A stretch of DNA of 64,000 bases from Paraphysomonas bandaiensis (GCA_965644295.1 CBFFRP010000199.1:496001-560000), one strand, 5' to 3'; counted from the stretch's first letter, positions 25,279-37,099 are shown. Notes: generated by a model from the sequence alone, not told the origin. A program made the numbers and translations.

Positions 25279-25399
25279 TCTACAAGCAACTTATAGAGTG
25301 AAGAAATTGCATCTTATTATCAATAATCAATATAATATGTTCACTTAAAGCATATACAATAGAGATCATAGCGTCCGATAGCTGTTTATTACACTTGGT

Positions 25400-26010
25400 A
25401 CGCAGCATTTCGTTCTAAATTTTCTTGACATGGTGTCTACTTTCAGTTGACAATAAGCTCGCACTAACTTTGTAGGATCATTTCTATACCTAGTGTTATG
25501 CTTGCTATTGAAATAACTAGCTAAGACTTACCATTACGATAGGCACGGTAGCAATCAAGATTGAAATTTTCAGCCAGTTGTAAGATGTATCCACCTTCAC
25601 CTAGGCGGTCACGTTCTATCCTTTGTTCGTCTGTGAACCAATCATCCCCTTCGTATACAGCAATGACATCTCCGTTGTTGTAGGCTATGTGAGAAAGAAG
25701 GCCATGACCCGTGCTCGAGGTGTATGTCTGACCATTGCTGTCGCGAGCTACAAGCAAAGAAGGTCTGTGGTATAGTGCTCGCTTACTCTGTTCCTCTATC
25801 CTGGCATCGAAAACTAGAATTTGGAGGCGGTTCAAATGTGTGGGCAACTAACAAGTCTTTTGCATTTTCTTCTATATGAAACATTTCAATAATAATACTT
25901 TCCCTATTGGCAGGCAAATCAAAAGGTTGAGGCAATTCAGGTGCCACCTCAATATCCATTTCAACTCCGTGGCATACTCCATCTCCTCTTTAATCTTCAA
26001 AGTCCATAGG
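25400..26010 (-). pseudogene. SET-domain (lysine methyltransferase-like) remnant inside the Harbinger element
   Basis: STGHGLLSHIAYNNGDVIAVYEG...GYILQL...LDCY; after a frameshift LASYFNS, the SET N-motif equivalent. Confidence 0.65.
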
Positions 26011-28307
26011 TATGGCTTCAGTGTTATATAACGGTTGTCAAACTATGAGATGTACTATGTTAAAGTTGGCGAACACATAGTCCCTTCAAACTGATAATGT
26101 TGCTGGCAAAATGTTGCTGAAAATGTTCCTAAATCTATAAAGGGGCTTTTTTCAGCAACATTTTTAGGAAGAAAAACATGCGAGGAACATGTTCCTCAAA
26201 ATGTTCCTAAAAAAATGTTCCTAAATGTATAAGGGATACCCTAAGATGATAGGAGGTATACCGGTATACCGTACCTGCAGAATACCATGCATAGATATTT
26301 GGCAAGCGGCTATTGAACTCGAATGATACTCTGAACTGAGATACGAGTCAGAGTCGATCCCGTCTGCTCTCAACTGAATGTATTCTGTCGCATTATTTCT
26401 GCATTTCTGACCGGAAGTTCATTTACTTTAAGTTTCACTGCAACACAACAACAACAGATAGCAGGCGCTATTACGCAGGTACTGTAGCGGCCTGAGCACC
26501 ACTTATAGATACCCTTCTGATGAAGATGAGAAAAATAAGGAAGAATTACCATTTATGATTGTTTGAAACTCTGGTTAATCGTAACTATTTTGTGGTAACG
26601 TGTTTATGTATTTGCATTGCCGAGTACTATCAAGAAAAACAACATGAACTACATATGAGTCTAGGCTCTGAGTGTATTCAACCTTCAACTATGAAGTATA
26701 TCCAGTAATTATCGCCGTAATATGCGTTGGATAGAAGACACCACTAAATACAGCTCGAAACTAGGCATATTCATGCTGCGTCAGATGTATGAAGCCTACT
26801 CATGTCTTCCAACTCTTTCTACGAAACGACATCTCCCTGAGTAGTTGGAAACGGTGTTGCTTATGTAGGATGCCGTACACTATTAGTTTTATTTTCAGAA
26901 ACAAGGCATCACAACGAAGGTCATACTTACTAGATAGCGCATTCCAGCATCCACGAGGCCTATGTGTATGCCGCTAATCATGATGTAACTGCTGTTAGTC
27001 CCACGCTTACTTGTACTAACGAACATTTTGCACTTCCTCTACTGAACGTAATCGCTCTGTGATGTATTTAGTTCGTGGACTCTTTGGCACTTGCAGATCA
27101 GGATTGTACCCAGAGAAGACGTTAGTGATATCTATTTCACTCAATAGGGAACAAGTGGCAGTTTGTATCAATGTGCACATTGATCATACTTCATGCGAGT
27201 TTAATGAACACATAAACATACAAAACAAGAGTGATACAAGTAGTCTTATGAACTCTTTTTCTGAATGAGATATCGACATACGAAGTCTGTGTTGGAAATG
27301 TGCTCCTGTGTACCAGAACCACGGCTGCTATATATATAAAACCACGTCGCTGATATAGAGTGTATAATAATACACAGTGGAGTTATAGATCAGCGACGTA
27401 TGATACGAGAAAAGAAACTTACAATAATTTGTTATCAGAGGATATTTTAGATAAAAGAATCGAAGAGATAAAACTGACGAAAGATTTTGTAAGTTATAGG
27501 TCTCATATTAAACCTCTATATTACTTCTGAATAAGAATTTACCTATCAAGTTCAGCAGAAACTACTTTCAAAAATGATTTTTAGTTTATTGTATTAACGA
27601 AAATCGTTGGAGTTAGACATGTATTACTAGGTAAACTTTAAACTTTCTTTACAGCACACATTGCTTACTTCATTAATACACACTTCAAAGATATGGTTTA
27701 TTTACTGAAGCATACTTCTCCCATCACCCACAGGACATAAGGTGAACGACTGATCTCCTCAATTAAAGTCACGACACCTTAAATAATTTACGTAGCTCAA
27801 CAAAAGTAACGGAGTGCATTCCTTCGCAACTAAAGTTTCCTGTTCCTACAGTTGAGTTCTGCTATATGAGAGCAATTGAAAGCTGTAGTTCTAAGCTACG
27901 TTACGAGTAGTTTACGGTTGTAGTAAATGTAGTAAACTGTATAATGAGAGCTAATGTCATGACGATGAGCATATAGTAGTGAAACGGAATATATAGTCAC
28001 CAGTACATGCAAGTTAGTGACGACATAAGAACGTACCAGAAATGAATGGTAAAGATAGCATGAAAGTAGTGAATGATAAGAGATATTGTTTATAATCTAA
28101 TCAGAATAGAGTGAAAGTATTGTTCAGTTATGGCATTTTCTAACACCTACTGAATACGTTTGTTTTCCCCATTGTACTACATTACCTTTCTCCAATAGAA
28201 TTGCAACTAATAATATTAGCTAGTGTAATTTCATGTTTTACACAATTTAATAGCGATTAAATCAATTCCTATTCATGTAATTACTACATTGAAGGTCTTA
28301 TTATTAG

Positions 28308-28815
28308 TGCCCCATTCCGAGGGCGTGGCCATAGTGTAGGCTGGCTGGTGCCCCACCTAAAACACCGAGATATAGCACTGATTCTACTACCCACCCACCC
28401 GTGTACCAACGTAGCTGACCACATAGATCACGCGCAGATTCTGTAGTCCCCTCCACCTGTGTTAACCTTTGCTGAGATTACGCGGGATTTCTCATAATTA
28501 TGCATGACTTTTATACATGTAATTCGCGCAGATTCTATTAAGACCATGTGTACCTTCCCATCATTACCTAACAAAGATTACGCGGGGATTCTCGTGACCA
28601 TGCATGACTCAGTATAGGTCTAGTGTGACTTTGGCCACCCCCCCTCCCTCCCCTAGAATGCGCGGGGTTTCTCGTAATCTAGGCTATCAGGTATTGTGTA
28701 GATCTAGCTAGAGCTTTCTTGATGTCAACACACGAATAATACGCTGAGATTTTTATTAATAATCTATACGTTACTTAGCTTAGTCAACACTAGGGTACGC
28801 TCTCAGAATGGGGCA
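28308..28815. mobile_element. 508-bp MITE with TG..CA ends, 19-bp TIR and 5-bp TSD
   Basis: TGCCCCATTCCGAGGGCGT / ACGCTCTCAGAATGGGGCA (2 mismatches); TSD ATTAG (28303-07, 28816-20); internal repeats of (GATTA)CGCGGG...TTCTC. Confidence 0.8.
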
Positions 28816-29508
28816 ATTAGCAGTAGGCGTTAGTTTAGTAGGTAGAAGAACACTAGTCAAGCTGGATAGACGTCTATCTGTAACTAACTAGTACGAACTC
28901 TATTATCCTACTATTTAACGCTACAGAGGCTGCTTGTGCGTCGCTCTATCGCTCCACGCAAACGCCATGAGCAAGCAAAATGTTGATATACCTGACATCT
29001 GCTGACTTCAGTTTTTTTGAGTCCTCAAGGTGAACATCCCGAATGCTTCACTTCAGCAGACAGCCCAATACCCCGGTTACCCTTCAGGTGGGCCCTGTCC
29101 CAGATGCCTGTTTATTCGTCAAGGCCCAAAGACGTCTACACAAGTGACACTTATTAGTATCCCTTGTACCACACAAGCATTCGGCCATGAGTGGGCAGAA
29201 CAATATCTGCTGCCTATATATGCGGCTCACGTTATTAGAATATGGACTGTATCCTAGTATATTCAATGTGGTACTTGAAGACAATGTACGAGAATACAGT
29301 GAAGTATGGTGATGTGTAGATGCTGTTATGATATTGAGAAAACTGAAATAGTTTGCTCTTTCAAGATATGTTTAGTAGCGAAAGGTCTACAGAAGTAGTG
29401 ATTTATGCATGGCACAAAACGAGCTTGTGTTGTTTAACACAATTTGTGTAAACGATATTAATAAATCTATCTAGTCTAACAACTTAATCTCTCTTTGATC
29501 TAAGTAAA

Positions 29509-32253
29509 ATGAGCATTTCCCAACATGGTAGCGAGCGAGGAGGAGAGAAGGAGGATAGAGGAGTAGTTCCTCAGTTCAACGAGACTAACGTTGAACAATG
29601 GATTGAGGACTTCGAGACATTCCTTATGAGGAAGGAACAAAGCGAGGTAGCGGTGGAACTGCCACCTAAGGAGAGCGACTTCGGGGAGCAGCCACTTACG
29701 TTGATGGAGGAGAAGGCGTACAGACAGGCTGTGAAGAGGTATTGGAAGGCGAACGCCATAGCTTATTCTTACTGCAGGGATGCGGTGCAGCATTCCCCGA
29801 AAGCGCTGCGTAAATTCCATCTTACCCACAAAGCGTTCAAGGCAGAAGGGAGTGGTGTAAACAGGTTCAAAACACATGTAATGATTGATGAGTTGAAGAA
29901 GTGTTTTGCTGGAGGGAAGCAAAATAGGATCAGTGACCTCTTAACTCAATATGGTTCTTTCCGTATGCGTCCGGAGGAGACGGCGAAGGACTACGTACTA
30001 CGGTTCGAACTACTGCTGAAGGAACTACAGGAGCAGCAGCAGGATATCTCGGAGGTATCAAAAACAAGTCGACTACGAGAAGGCTTGCTCAATGAAGAGT
30101 ATGCTCAACTGAGAGTTGGATTATACTTGATGGATGATGATGTTAATTATGTAACTGTATCACGTAAGATAGAAGGCTATGATGATACTATGGCTGGGAA
30201 GGAAGCGTTGGAGAAGAAGCGTAAAAGAGTGGAGGAGCTGAACCTGATAGACAGTAAGAAACGATATCGCAGAGAGAGGGATCATCGTAAGAAGAACAAC
30301 GGTAAGAAGAAGCCGATGAAGAAGGATACAGAGATTACAGGGCAGCGACCTGGAAGTGCCGAATATACTGGGTGCAGAAATTGTAAGTCAAAGGAACATC
30401 TTGCCATCGATTGTCCAGCATCGAAAAAGAAGTACTCGCAAAGCAAGAGCAAGGCTGTGAGGTTTCAAGATGGAAGGAAACCAGACAAAAGACTACTTAC
30501 AGTTGAAAACATCAGGCGTGGAGAGCCAGCGGATTTGTCTGACGAAGACGAAGCAAATATGATCGAGCAACAGGAAGAGTATCACTTGTCATGTAATGTG
30601 TATGAGACGAATATATGCAGTAGTGTGCATGAGGATATTCACTATACATACATTGATACCTGTTGTTCGTCATCAATGTTTTTGATAAATGATGTGAATA
30701 TACTTGATAGTCATATGCACACATCAAAGGTTATTAATGGTTCGAAAAAAGGGTCAGAGATATGCGTCACGAGTGTAGGTTCCCGTGGAGCATGGAAGAA
30801 CATTGAGGTATCAAGTCAGATAAATCGGTGTCTTTGTTCTGGACGGAAGTTGAACGATATGGGATATCGATTTACTGTATGGTATGGTATACAGATATAT
30901 GACAGAAATACGGATGAGCTGGTGTTGGAGGGACCTATGAAGAATGGAATGACTGCTGTGCCAACACAGCAGTTATTGGAGCTTCCAGACGTATCGACAT
31001 CCAGTGATTCAGAAGTAAATCTCAGTGACCGTACGGGTGAGGATGAACTGGAGCTGTTACATAGGAGAGCGGGTCATTTTAACAAGCATGCGTTGGTAGA
31101 AGCCCACAAAAGAATGCTAATTATTGGGACTGGACTGAAACGAAAACATCTCTCGAAACGTGTTTCCAAAGAACAGTGTCTATGTGATGTATGCGCCAGG
31201 GCGAAGATCACCAGAGTAAGTTTTCGGACAAAGGATGAGGACTCCGTTCGTCCAAATTTCTCGGCCGATATAGCAGTATACTTAAATTGTCCAGCTCGAG
31301 GAGGGGAAATATATGTGCTCAAACTAACACACCATGCCAGTCGGATGTTCTGGTCGGAAGGGCTTGTTCATAGGACTGGGTCATCGGTACTGCAGGTTTT
31401 CAAGAAGATTTTTGAAGGAGATGTGAAAAGGTACAAATTAGAAATGCATCATTACCATGCAGATGGAGCAGGGGAGCTAATATGTGATGAGCTGCGACAA
31501 TATCTTAGGTCACAGGGTTGCTATCAACATACGTGGAGCTCTACGGACTCTCCTGAGATGAACGCGATTGAGGAGCGGAAATTCAGGACCTGTGGTGAGA
31601 TGACATTAGCGATGCTGATTCAGTCAGGATTGCCTTCACAGTTTTGGCTAGATGCCTACATGGCAGCCAGGTACATATTAATTCGATTGCCTACAAAGAC
31701 AGCGAAGGGGTATATGTCCCCTCTTGAATTTTTGACTGGTGAGGCTCCCAACCTGAAATATCTCAGAGTATGGGGGTGTCGTGCGTATGTCCTCACTACA
31801 AAGGCGGATCGACGGAAAGACTGGGACGACAAGGCCCTTATCGGATATCTGATAGGATATTCAGATGAAAAGGTAGGATATGATGTATATCTACCTGCGA
31901 CTGATAGGGTCGTCACGTCGGTACATGTATTAACTGATGAGTCCATACCGTCACGCTCGGAGAGCTATTTCGCTGAGATAGATGCTCTTCGAGTGAAGGA
32001 GGCCGAGAGACCGAAAATTGTGTCTGACTATGCGGGCTTAGAAGGTACATATCATATTGATGATGAGGATGGTCTTCTCTACAAGACCACGAGAGTAGTA
32101 GAACGAAAGGGGGTAATAGTAGCCTATCGATCTCTGGTAACTGCAGGTCGGAAGCATATCGAGCACCGGGTGCCGATTCACGTCGAGGACGTAGTGCGAA
32201 TGACTGCAGAAACTCCCGGGAATACCGGATATATAGGAAAGGGGACGCCCTGA
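29509..32253 (+). CDS. Copia Gag-protease-integrase polyprotein
   Basis: Zn knuckle CRNCKSKEHLAIDC; protease YIDTCCS; integrase HRRAGH..CDVC, ADI, HADGAGE, AIEERKFRT, LRVWGC. Confidence 0.93.
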   Translation: MSISQHGSERGGEKEDRGVVPQFNETNVEQWIEDFETFLMRKEQSEVAVELPPKESDFGEQPLTLMEEKAYRQAVKRYWKANAIAYSYCRDAVQHSPKALRKFHLTHKAFKAEGSGVNRFKTHVMIDELKKCFAGGKQNRISDLLTQYGSFRMRPEETAKDYVLRFELLLKELQEQQQDISEVSKTSRLREGLLNEEYAQLRVGLYLMDDDVNYVTVSRKIEGYDDTMAGKEALEKKRKRVEELNLIDSKKRYRRERDHRKKNNGKKKPMKKDTEITGQRPGSAEYTGCRNCKSKEHLAIDCPASKKKYSQSKSKAVRFQDGRKPDKRLLTVENIRRGEPADLSDEDEANMIEQQEEYHLSCNVYETNICSSVHEDIHYTYIDTCCSSSMFLINDVNILDSHMHTSKVINGSKKGSEICVTSVGSRGAWKNIEVSSQINRCLCSGRKLNDMGYRFTVWYGIQIYDRNTDELVLEGPMKNGMTAVPTQQLLELPDVSTSSDSEVNLSDRTGEDELELLHRRAGHFNKHALVEAHKRMLIIGTGLKRKHLSKRVSKEQCLCDVCARAKITRVSFRTKDEDSVRPNFSADIAVYLNCPARGGEIYVLKLTHHASRMFWSEGLVHRTGSSVLQVFKKIFEGDVKRYKLEMHHYHADGAGELICDELRQYLRSQGCYQHTWSSTDSPEMNAIEERKFRTCGEMTLAMLIQSGLPSQFWLDAYMAARYILIRLPTKTAKGYMSPLEFLTGEAPNLKYLRVWGCRAYVLTTKADRRKDWDDKALIGYLIGYSDEKVGYDVYLPATDRVVTSVHVLTDESIPSRSESYFAEIDALRVKEAERPKIVSDYAGLEGTYHIDDEDGLLYKTTRVVERKGVIVAYRSLVTAGRKHIEHRVPIHVEDVVRMTAETPGNTGYIGKGTP

Positions 32254-32258
32254 GTACT

Positions 32259-34220
32259 ATGCCAGCCAGGGTGCTGGACCAGGGAAGACCTGGAGGGTTA
32301 CAGGAGAGTCCTGACCCAACCTGTCAGGAGACAGCTGTGAGGTTGCAGACCTCTGAAGACTATGAGTCTGGGGTTGTGAGCGGGGCTCCTCCCACAACGC
32401 ACGATGTGCGTGCTCAGGATGAGCAAGGTACGGGTTCTTATATACCTCGTCGACCGATTGAACTAGATGGTGATGGTCGGGTCCGACGCAAACGGCTGCA
32501 GCGGAGACTGGCAAACGCGTCAGTTTTAGGAGAGATTAATATGGTTGAAGTACCGGATGCGCATAATATTGATCTTAACCATGCAGAGACAGAAGATATC
32601 AAGATACCAAATTCATATGCCGAGGCAGAGAGATCTCCACAGTATCAACAATGGAGAAAAGCTCGAATGGTGGAGAAGACATCATTGCTGAAAAGACGTG
32701 TCTTGAAGATCGTGAAAATTCCAAGCGGAGTGAAATTAGTTAGAGCGAAATATGTGCATACGGTGAAGCGAGACATACTAGGGAATATAGTAAAGTACAA
32801 GGCTCGGCTAGTGGCATTAGGAAATCTCCAAGAGAAGAAGGAGGAGGAGCCGTCCACTTTCGCTCCAGTGGTTAAGGGTATAACCATTAGACTAGTGTTA
32901 GCGATTGCGTTTATGTTACAGATGCATGTGCATCAATTAGATGTATCATCCGCATTTTGCTATGCAGATCTGGAGGATGACGTGTATATGGCACCTCCAC
33001 CAGATGAGGAATTACTAGCTGGATGGTGTTTTCAACTAATCAAGGCATTGTATGGACTGCGATCTTCACCGCGACAGTGGAATAAACATATTGACAAGTT
33101 TATTAAATCATTGCATTTTACTCCGTGTATTTTGGATACGTGTTTGTATATGCGATGGAGTAACGGAAAACTGCATTTATTATTGATATATGTTGATGAT
33201 ATCATAATTGCATCCGCTGATCTGACTTACTTGGAAAGCGTAAAGCGTAGGTTCTGTGAAACATTCGAGATGCATGATCTGGGAGTGTGTAAGCGATTTC
33301 TGAACATCAGGATAACCAGAGGAGAAAATTGGTATATGTTAGATCAATCTGAGTATGCTAAGAATATTATCAAGAAATTCAGCTCAGTTATGGGAAAGAG
33401 TAGTAAGAATAAGGAGGCCCCACTACCTACTAATGTTCAGGATCTGTTGGCAGAGGAACGTGAACTTACGGAGGAGCAGAAGCAGTGGGTTGACTCATTT
33501 CCGTATCGGCAAATTATTGGAGCAGTGTTGTATCTAGCAATGCATACTAGACCTGATCTGGCTTATGCAGTGGGGTTATTGTCTCGATTTAGTAGTTGTC
33601 CGACATATGCATCGTGCAAACTGGCGATTCACTTATTGAAATATTTGCGTGGAACAATTGATGAGGGCATCAGATTCAGTGGGAGTGAGTTCGACTTACA
33701 TGTGTTCAGTGATTCAGATTGGGCTGGTGATAGACTGACTCGGCGATCGACAACAGGATACATTGTGTTCTTATGTGCAGGCGCATTGGCCTGGCAGTCT
33801 AAACTACAGACCACAGTTGCAACTTCGAGCATGGAATCTGAATATATGGCGGAGTATGCGGCTATGCAAGAACTGGTGTGGCTTCGGGGGGTGTTCAAGG
33901 AGCTCGGGCTCTTAGTTGCGAAGCCGACTCCATTCTTTATGGATAGCAAGAGTGCGAAAGATCTCTCCGAGAATCCTGTGTATCATAAGAGGTCGAAGCA
34001 TATAGACATCAAGTATCACTGGGTGAGAGAGCATGTAAATGGAAAATTTCCTACGGCAAAGTTGATTCATGTGTCGACGGATGATATGGCGGCTGATATT
34101 TTCACGAAGGCATTGTCAACGAAACTTTTCAGTCGTCATGAGAAAACTATTACCGGGGTTAAGAGAAGTGTGTCAACCAGAGTTGAGGAGCAGCAGAAGA
34201 AGCGACCCCGAAGAGGTTAA
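32259..34220 (+). CDS. Copia reverse transcriptase-RNase H, in the -1 frame relative to ORF1
   Basis: KARLVALG, QLDVSSAF, KALYGLRSSPRQW, IYVDD, SDSDWAG, RSKHIDIKYH. Confidence 0.93.
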   Translation: MPARVLDQGRPGGLQESPDPTCQETAVRLQTSEDYESGVVSGAPPTTHDVRAQDEQGTGSYIPRRPIELDGDGRVRRKRLQRRLANASVLGEINMVEVPDAHNIDLNHAETEDIKIPNSYAEAERSPQYQQWRKARMVEKTSLLKRRVLKIVKIPSGVKLVRAKYVHTVKRDILGNIVKYKARLVALGNLQEKKEEEPSTFAPVVKGITIRLVLAIAFMLQMHVHQLDVSSAFCYADLEDDVYMAPPPDEELLAGWCFQLIKALYGLRSSPRQWNKHIDKFIKSLHFTPCILDTCLYMRWSNGKLHLLLIYVDDIIIASADLTYLESVKRRFCETFEMHDLGVCKRFLNIRITRGENWYMLDQSEYAKNIIKKFSSVMGKSSKNKEAPLPTNVQDLLAEERELTEEQKQWVDSFPYRQIIGAVLYLAMHTRPDLAYAVGLLSRFSSCPTYASCKLAIHLLKYLRGTIDEGIRFSGSEFDLHVFSDSDWAGDRLTRRSTTGYIVFLCAGALAWQSKLQTTVATSSMESEYMAEYAAMQELVWLRGVFKELGLLVAKPTPFFMDSKSAKDLSENPVYHKRSKHIDIKYHWVREHVNGKFPTAKLIHVSTDDMAADIFTKALSTKLFSRHEKTITGVKRSVSTRVEEQQKKRPRRG

Positions 34221-35461
34221 AGGTGTGTTTTAGTGGGTGAGAATCCCACATAACTATATATCTAGTTGACTGCTAGTTATATATGTATCTTGATAAGATT
34301 TCACATCTATTTTACCTATGAGACTAGTTTATAGCATGAAGATCACTGTACTCATTGTTGTTTCGTATCACTGCATTCTACATTGAGTGGGAGTATTAGA
34401 ATATGGACTGTATCCTAGTATATTCAATGTGGTACTTGAAGACAATGTACGAGAATACAGTGAAGTATGGTGATGTGTAGATGCTGTTATGATATTGAGA
34501 AAACTGAAATAGTTTGCTCTTTCAAGATATGTTTAGTAGCGAAAGGTCTACAGAAGTAGTGATTTATGCATGGCACAAAACGAGCTTGTGTTGTTTAACA
34601 CAATTTGTGTAAACGATATTAATAAATCTATCTAGTCTAACAACTTAATCTCTCTTTGATCTAAGTAAAATGAGCATTTCCCAACACACGTTAGTTTCTC
34701 GGAGAAATATTTCCGGTACTTATCTCCCATAACACCGCATAAAACGTGCGAGTCCGACTTTGTTGAGGGATGTAATTACTAGTGATACATACACATGCAT
34801 GCGTTTGCTGCAAATTAACGACAAATCTTGATATATGCTAAATTTCACCTAATCTTATAGTTCATTACAGTACACCATCTAGTTCTCATTATTGCTTGCG
34901 CATGTAACAGAAAAGCAATAACTGTACCCCAATGAATGAACTGATTATTACTCAACAGACCAATAGTACTCCAGCTACACACTCTACTACTCTAGTCTCT
35001 AGTACCAATACTTATTACCTGACACTAGCCGGGAGTCTCTGGAGCTTAAAGCCATTTCTGATACATTATTTCTCTTTTTACCACGACTGAGAGCATTGCT
35101 CAGTAAGTCGAGCATATCCACTACCTCACCTGCATGGTCTTCTTTTTCCATTTCAAACACGGTTTCATGCTGTAAATCAGCACATGAATCAACGACGTAC
35201 TCGGACTGAACTTTCACTGCGCATTTCAAATGCTTTTCTCCCCTCCAATACTAATAGGCATACTGCTTGCTTGCGTCGTCTTCAATAACCTCGAGACATA
35301 CACTCTCCGCTTTTCTACAGGTCACGGGAACCCACTTGTCACGCTCATTTTGTCGATAATGAGGCATAAACCTTCACAATAGCTCTCCCGCATAGTGATG
35401 AAGCTTGCAATACGAACTCACAGTTAATAATGGCACGATTCACAGTGTATTCGCTCTCTCA

Positions 35462-35640
35462 AATTCCTTCTGTGGGAATAAGTCGATCCAGCGGAATATG
35501 TCGATCCAGCAAAAAAATCGACCTTTTTTCGTTATTTCTCTGAAATATATTCGTCAAAAAACAGCATGCATCAAAAAAACCTGGATTTTTTTGCTGGATC
35601 GACATATTCTGCTGGATCTTATATTCCCACACACAGAATT
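35462..35640. repeat. ~175-bp foldback, MITE-like
   Basis: TGTGGGAATA..GATCCAGC(G/A)GAATATGTCGATCCAGCAAAAAAATC mirrored at both ends; TSD not resolved. Confidence 0.7.
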
Positions 35641-36584
35641 GTTGCCTTATTGGAATTCCAAGACATCACTATCTAAGTGCGTGGCATTCGCTACTTCAAA
35701 ATTGAAGTTGCGGTTTCTGCAGCACGACATCAAGATTTCAGCTGGATGATGGTATCTTGTTCCCTCAAACCATCCCTATCTGCTTCTTGGAGTTCCAAAA
35801 CGCTGTTCACATACCAGTGCCTGCCCATACTTCAATGTTCTGTTCGACGTCACACTTTAGTCAGCCGCATTTGCGATTACTACACAATCACAACTTCACT
35901 GCAATCAAGTCAGAGTTATCATCACGACTAAGATTCGTGTCCTCACAGTGAGTGTTGCCTGGAGTGACACTTCTTTATTGGCATGCTCCATTTCTGATTG
36001 GCTTCTGCGGTATATTTTTTTGGACAAGACGATGAAAAACGACGCTTTTGTTCTCGTTAGCGCGAAGGGCATCCCAGTAGAGCTCATAGAACTCCCATCC
36101 ATACACTCGTATCCAGAATATACTCCAGAGCGCAAGTAAAACTCCCTTGCCTGACAATCCTGGAGTTTTACTTGCGCTCTGGAGCTTGAGGAAGATTTTA
36201 CTCCCTTGCCTGACGATCCTGCAGAGTGTTCGATCATGGAAGACCGCAGTCCTGATCCCTTCTATCAGACATTGCATGCTCTTACTTGTCCAGATACACT
36301 GGATGAAATGATTCGTTACTAATATTCGCCGCAAGGGAATGGATACTTTAAACGAGCAGCAGCATGTGGCAGCTCGAACAGCCGAACTGGAGACATCACG
36401 GTATCATGACCAGCTCACTGAAACCAATTCATTTCCGTCGGCTGACTTAACACTGCTTCCTGCATCGTTTGTTTCTACTTATTTAGTAATATTTTTTGCT
36501 ATCTGTTCCTTAGTCTTAGTTTGTTTCATTTTTACCATTAACTAACATTCGATACAACGTAACTTTTACTTACATAACCTTTCG

Positions 36585-36686
36585 ACACTTAGTAACACTT
36601 ACTTCTATTCACACTTAGTAACAACTTAGTAACACTTACTTAGTAACACTTACTTCTATTCACACTTAGTAACAACTTAGTAACAC
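36585..36686 (+). repeat. Low-complexity tandem repeat of ACACTTAGTAAC/ACTT units
   Basis: Directly visible, with a duplicated ~50-bp higher-order unit. Confidence 0.85.
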
Positions 36687-37099
36687 CATATATATAATAT
36701 TCATATAAATATCTCCTTTATAAGGATATAGTTTTACAAAGTAGTTGCAGCGATAAGCATCTCACTCACAAAGACTATGATAATAGTCACCTTCAGTAGG
36801 ATAAAAACAACACCTGATAAATATTACAATATTACTATAGGCGAAACGGAGAATATATACTTGAAACACATCGATAGTATTATTACCACAAGTGAGATAA
36901 ATATATGTTCCCGTATATATAGCTATAGTAAATGAACACTGATGTGTCATAATATAGCCTATAGTGACAGCACGAAGCATGTTTAATGAGTCATATGCAA
37001 TGTAAATGAAAAACCACAAAAATGAAATAATAAGCGCAGGCGATTTATACGTAACATGAAAGAGAATTCAGTGATAACCAATATATACAAAAAAAAAGA

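Larger units (their letters stand above)
23936..26241. mobile_element. PIF/Harbinger-type non-autonomous element with SET-domain cargo
   Basis: TIR GGGTAT(T/C)CCTTATA(G/C)ATTTAGGAACA; TSD TAA (23933-35, 26242-44); many subterminal GGAACATT/GCAACATT repeats; no transposase ORF seen. Confidence 0.85.
29233..34686 (+). mobile_element. Ty1/Copia LTR retrotransposon, recent insertion
   Basis: 293-bp LTRs at 29233-29525 and 34394-34686, identical by eye; TSD CACGT; PBS TGGTAGCGAGCG (iMet-type) at 29526; PPT GAGTGGGAG at 34385-93. Confidence 0.97.
28287..34769 (-). mobile_element. Full-length SINE-like copy hosting a MITE and the Copia element
   Basis: 12-bp TSD ATGTAATTACTA (28275-28286, 34770-34781); pieces 28287-28307, 28816-29232 and 34687-34769 rejoin into one copy of the family. 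Confidence 0.85.

Noticed and set aside
27343-27400. 11-bp inverted repeat ACGTCGCTGAT/ATCAGCGACGT
   Set aside because: Isolated, with no TSD or second copy; insufficient support.
34990-36340. Fragmentary ORFs around the foldback element
   Set aside because: No assignable domain; probably TE debris.
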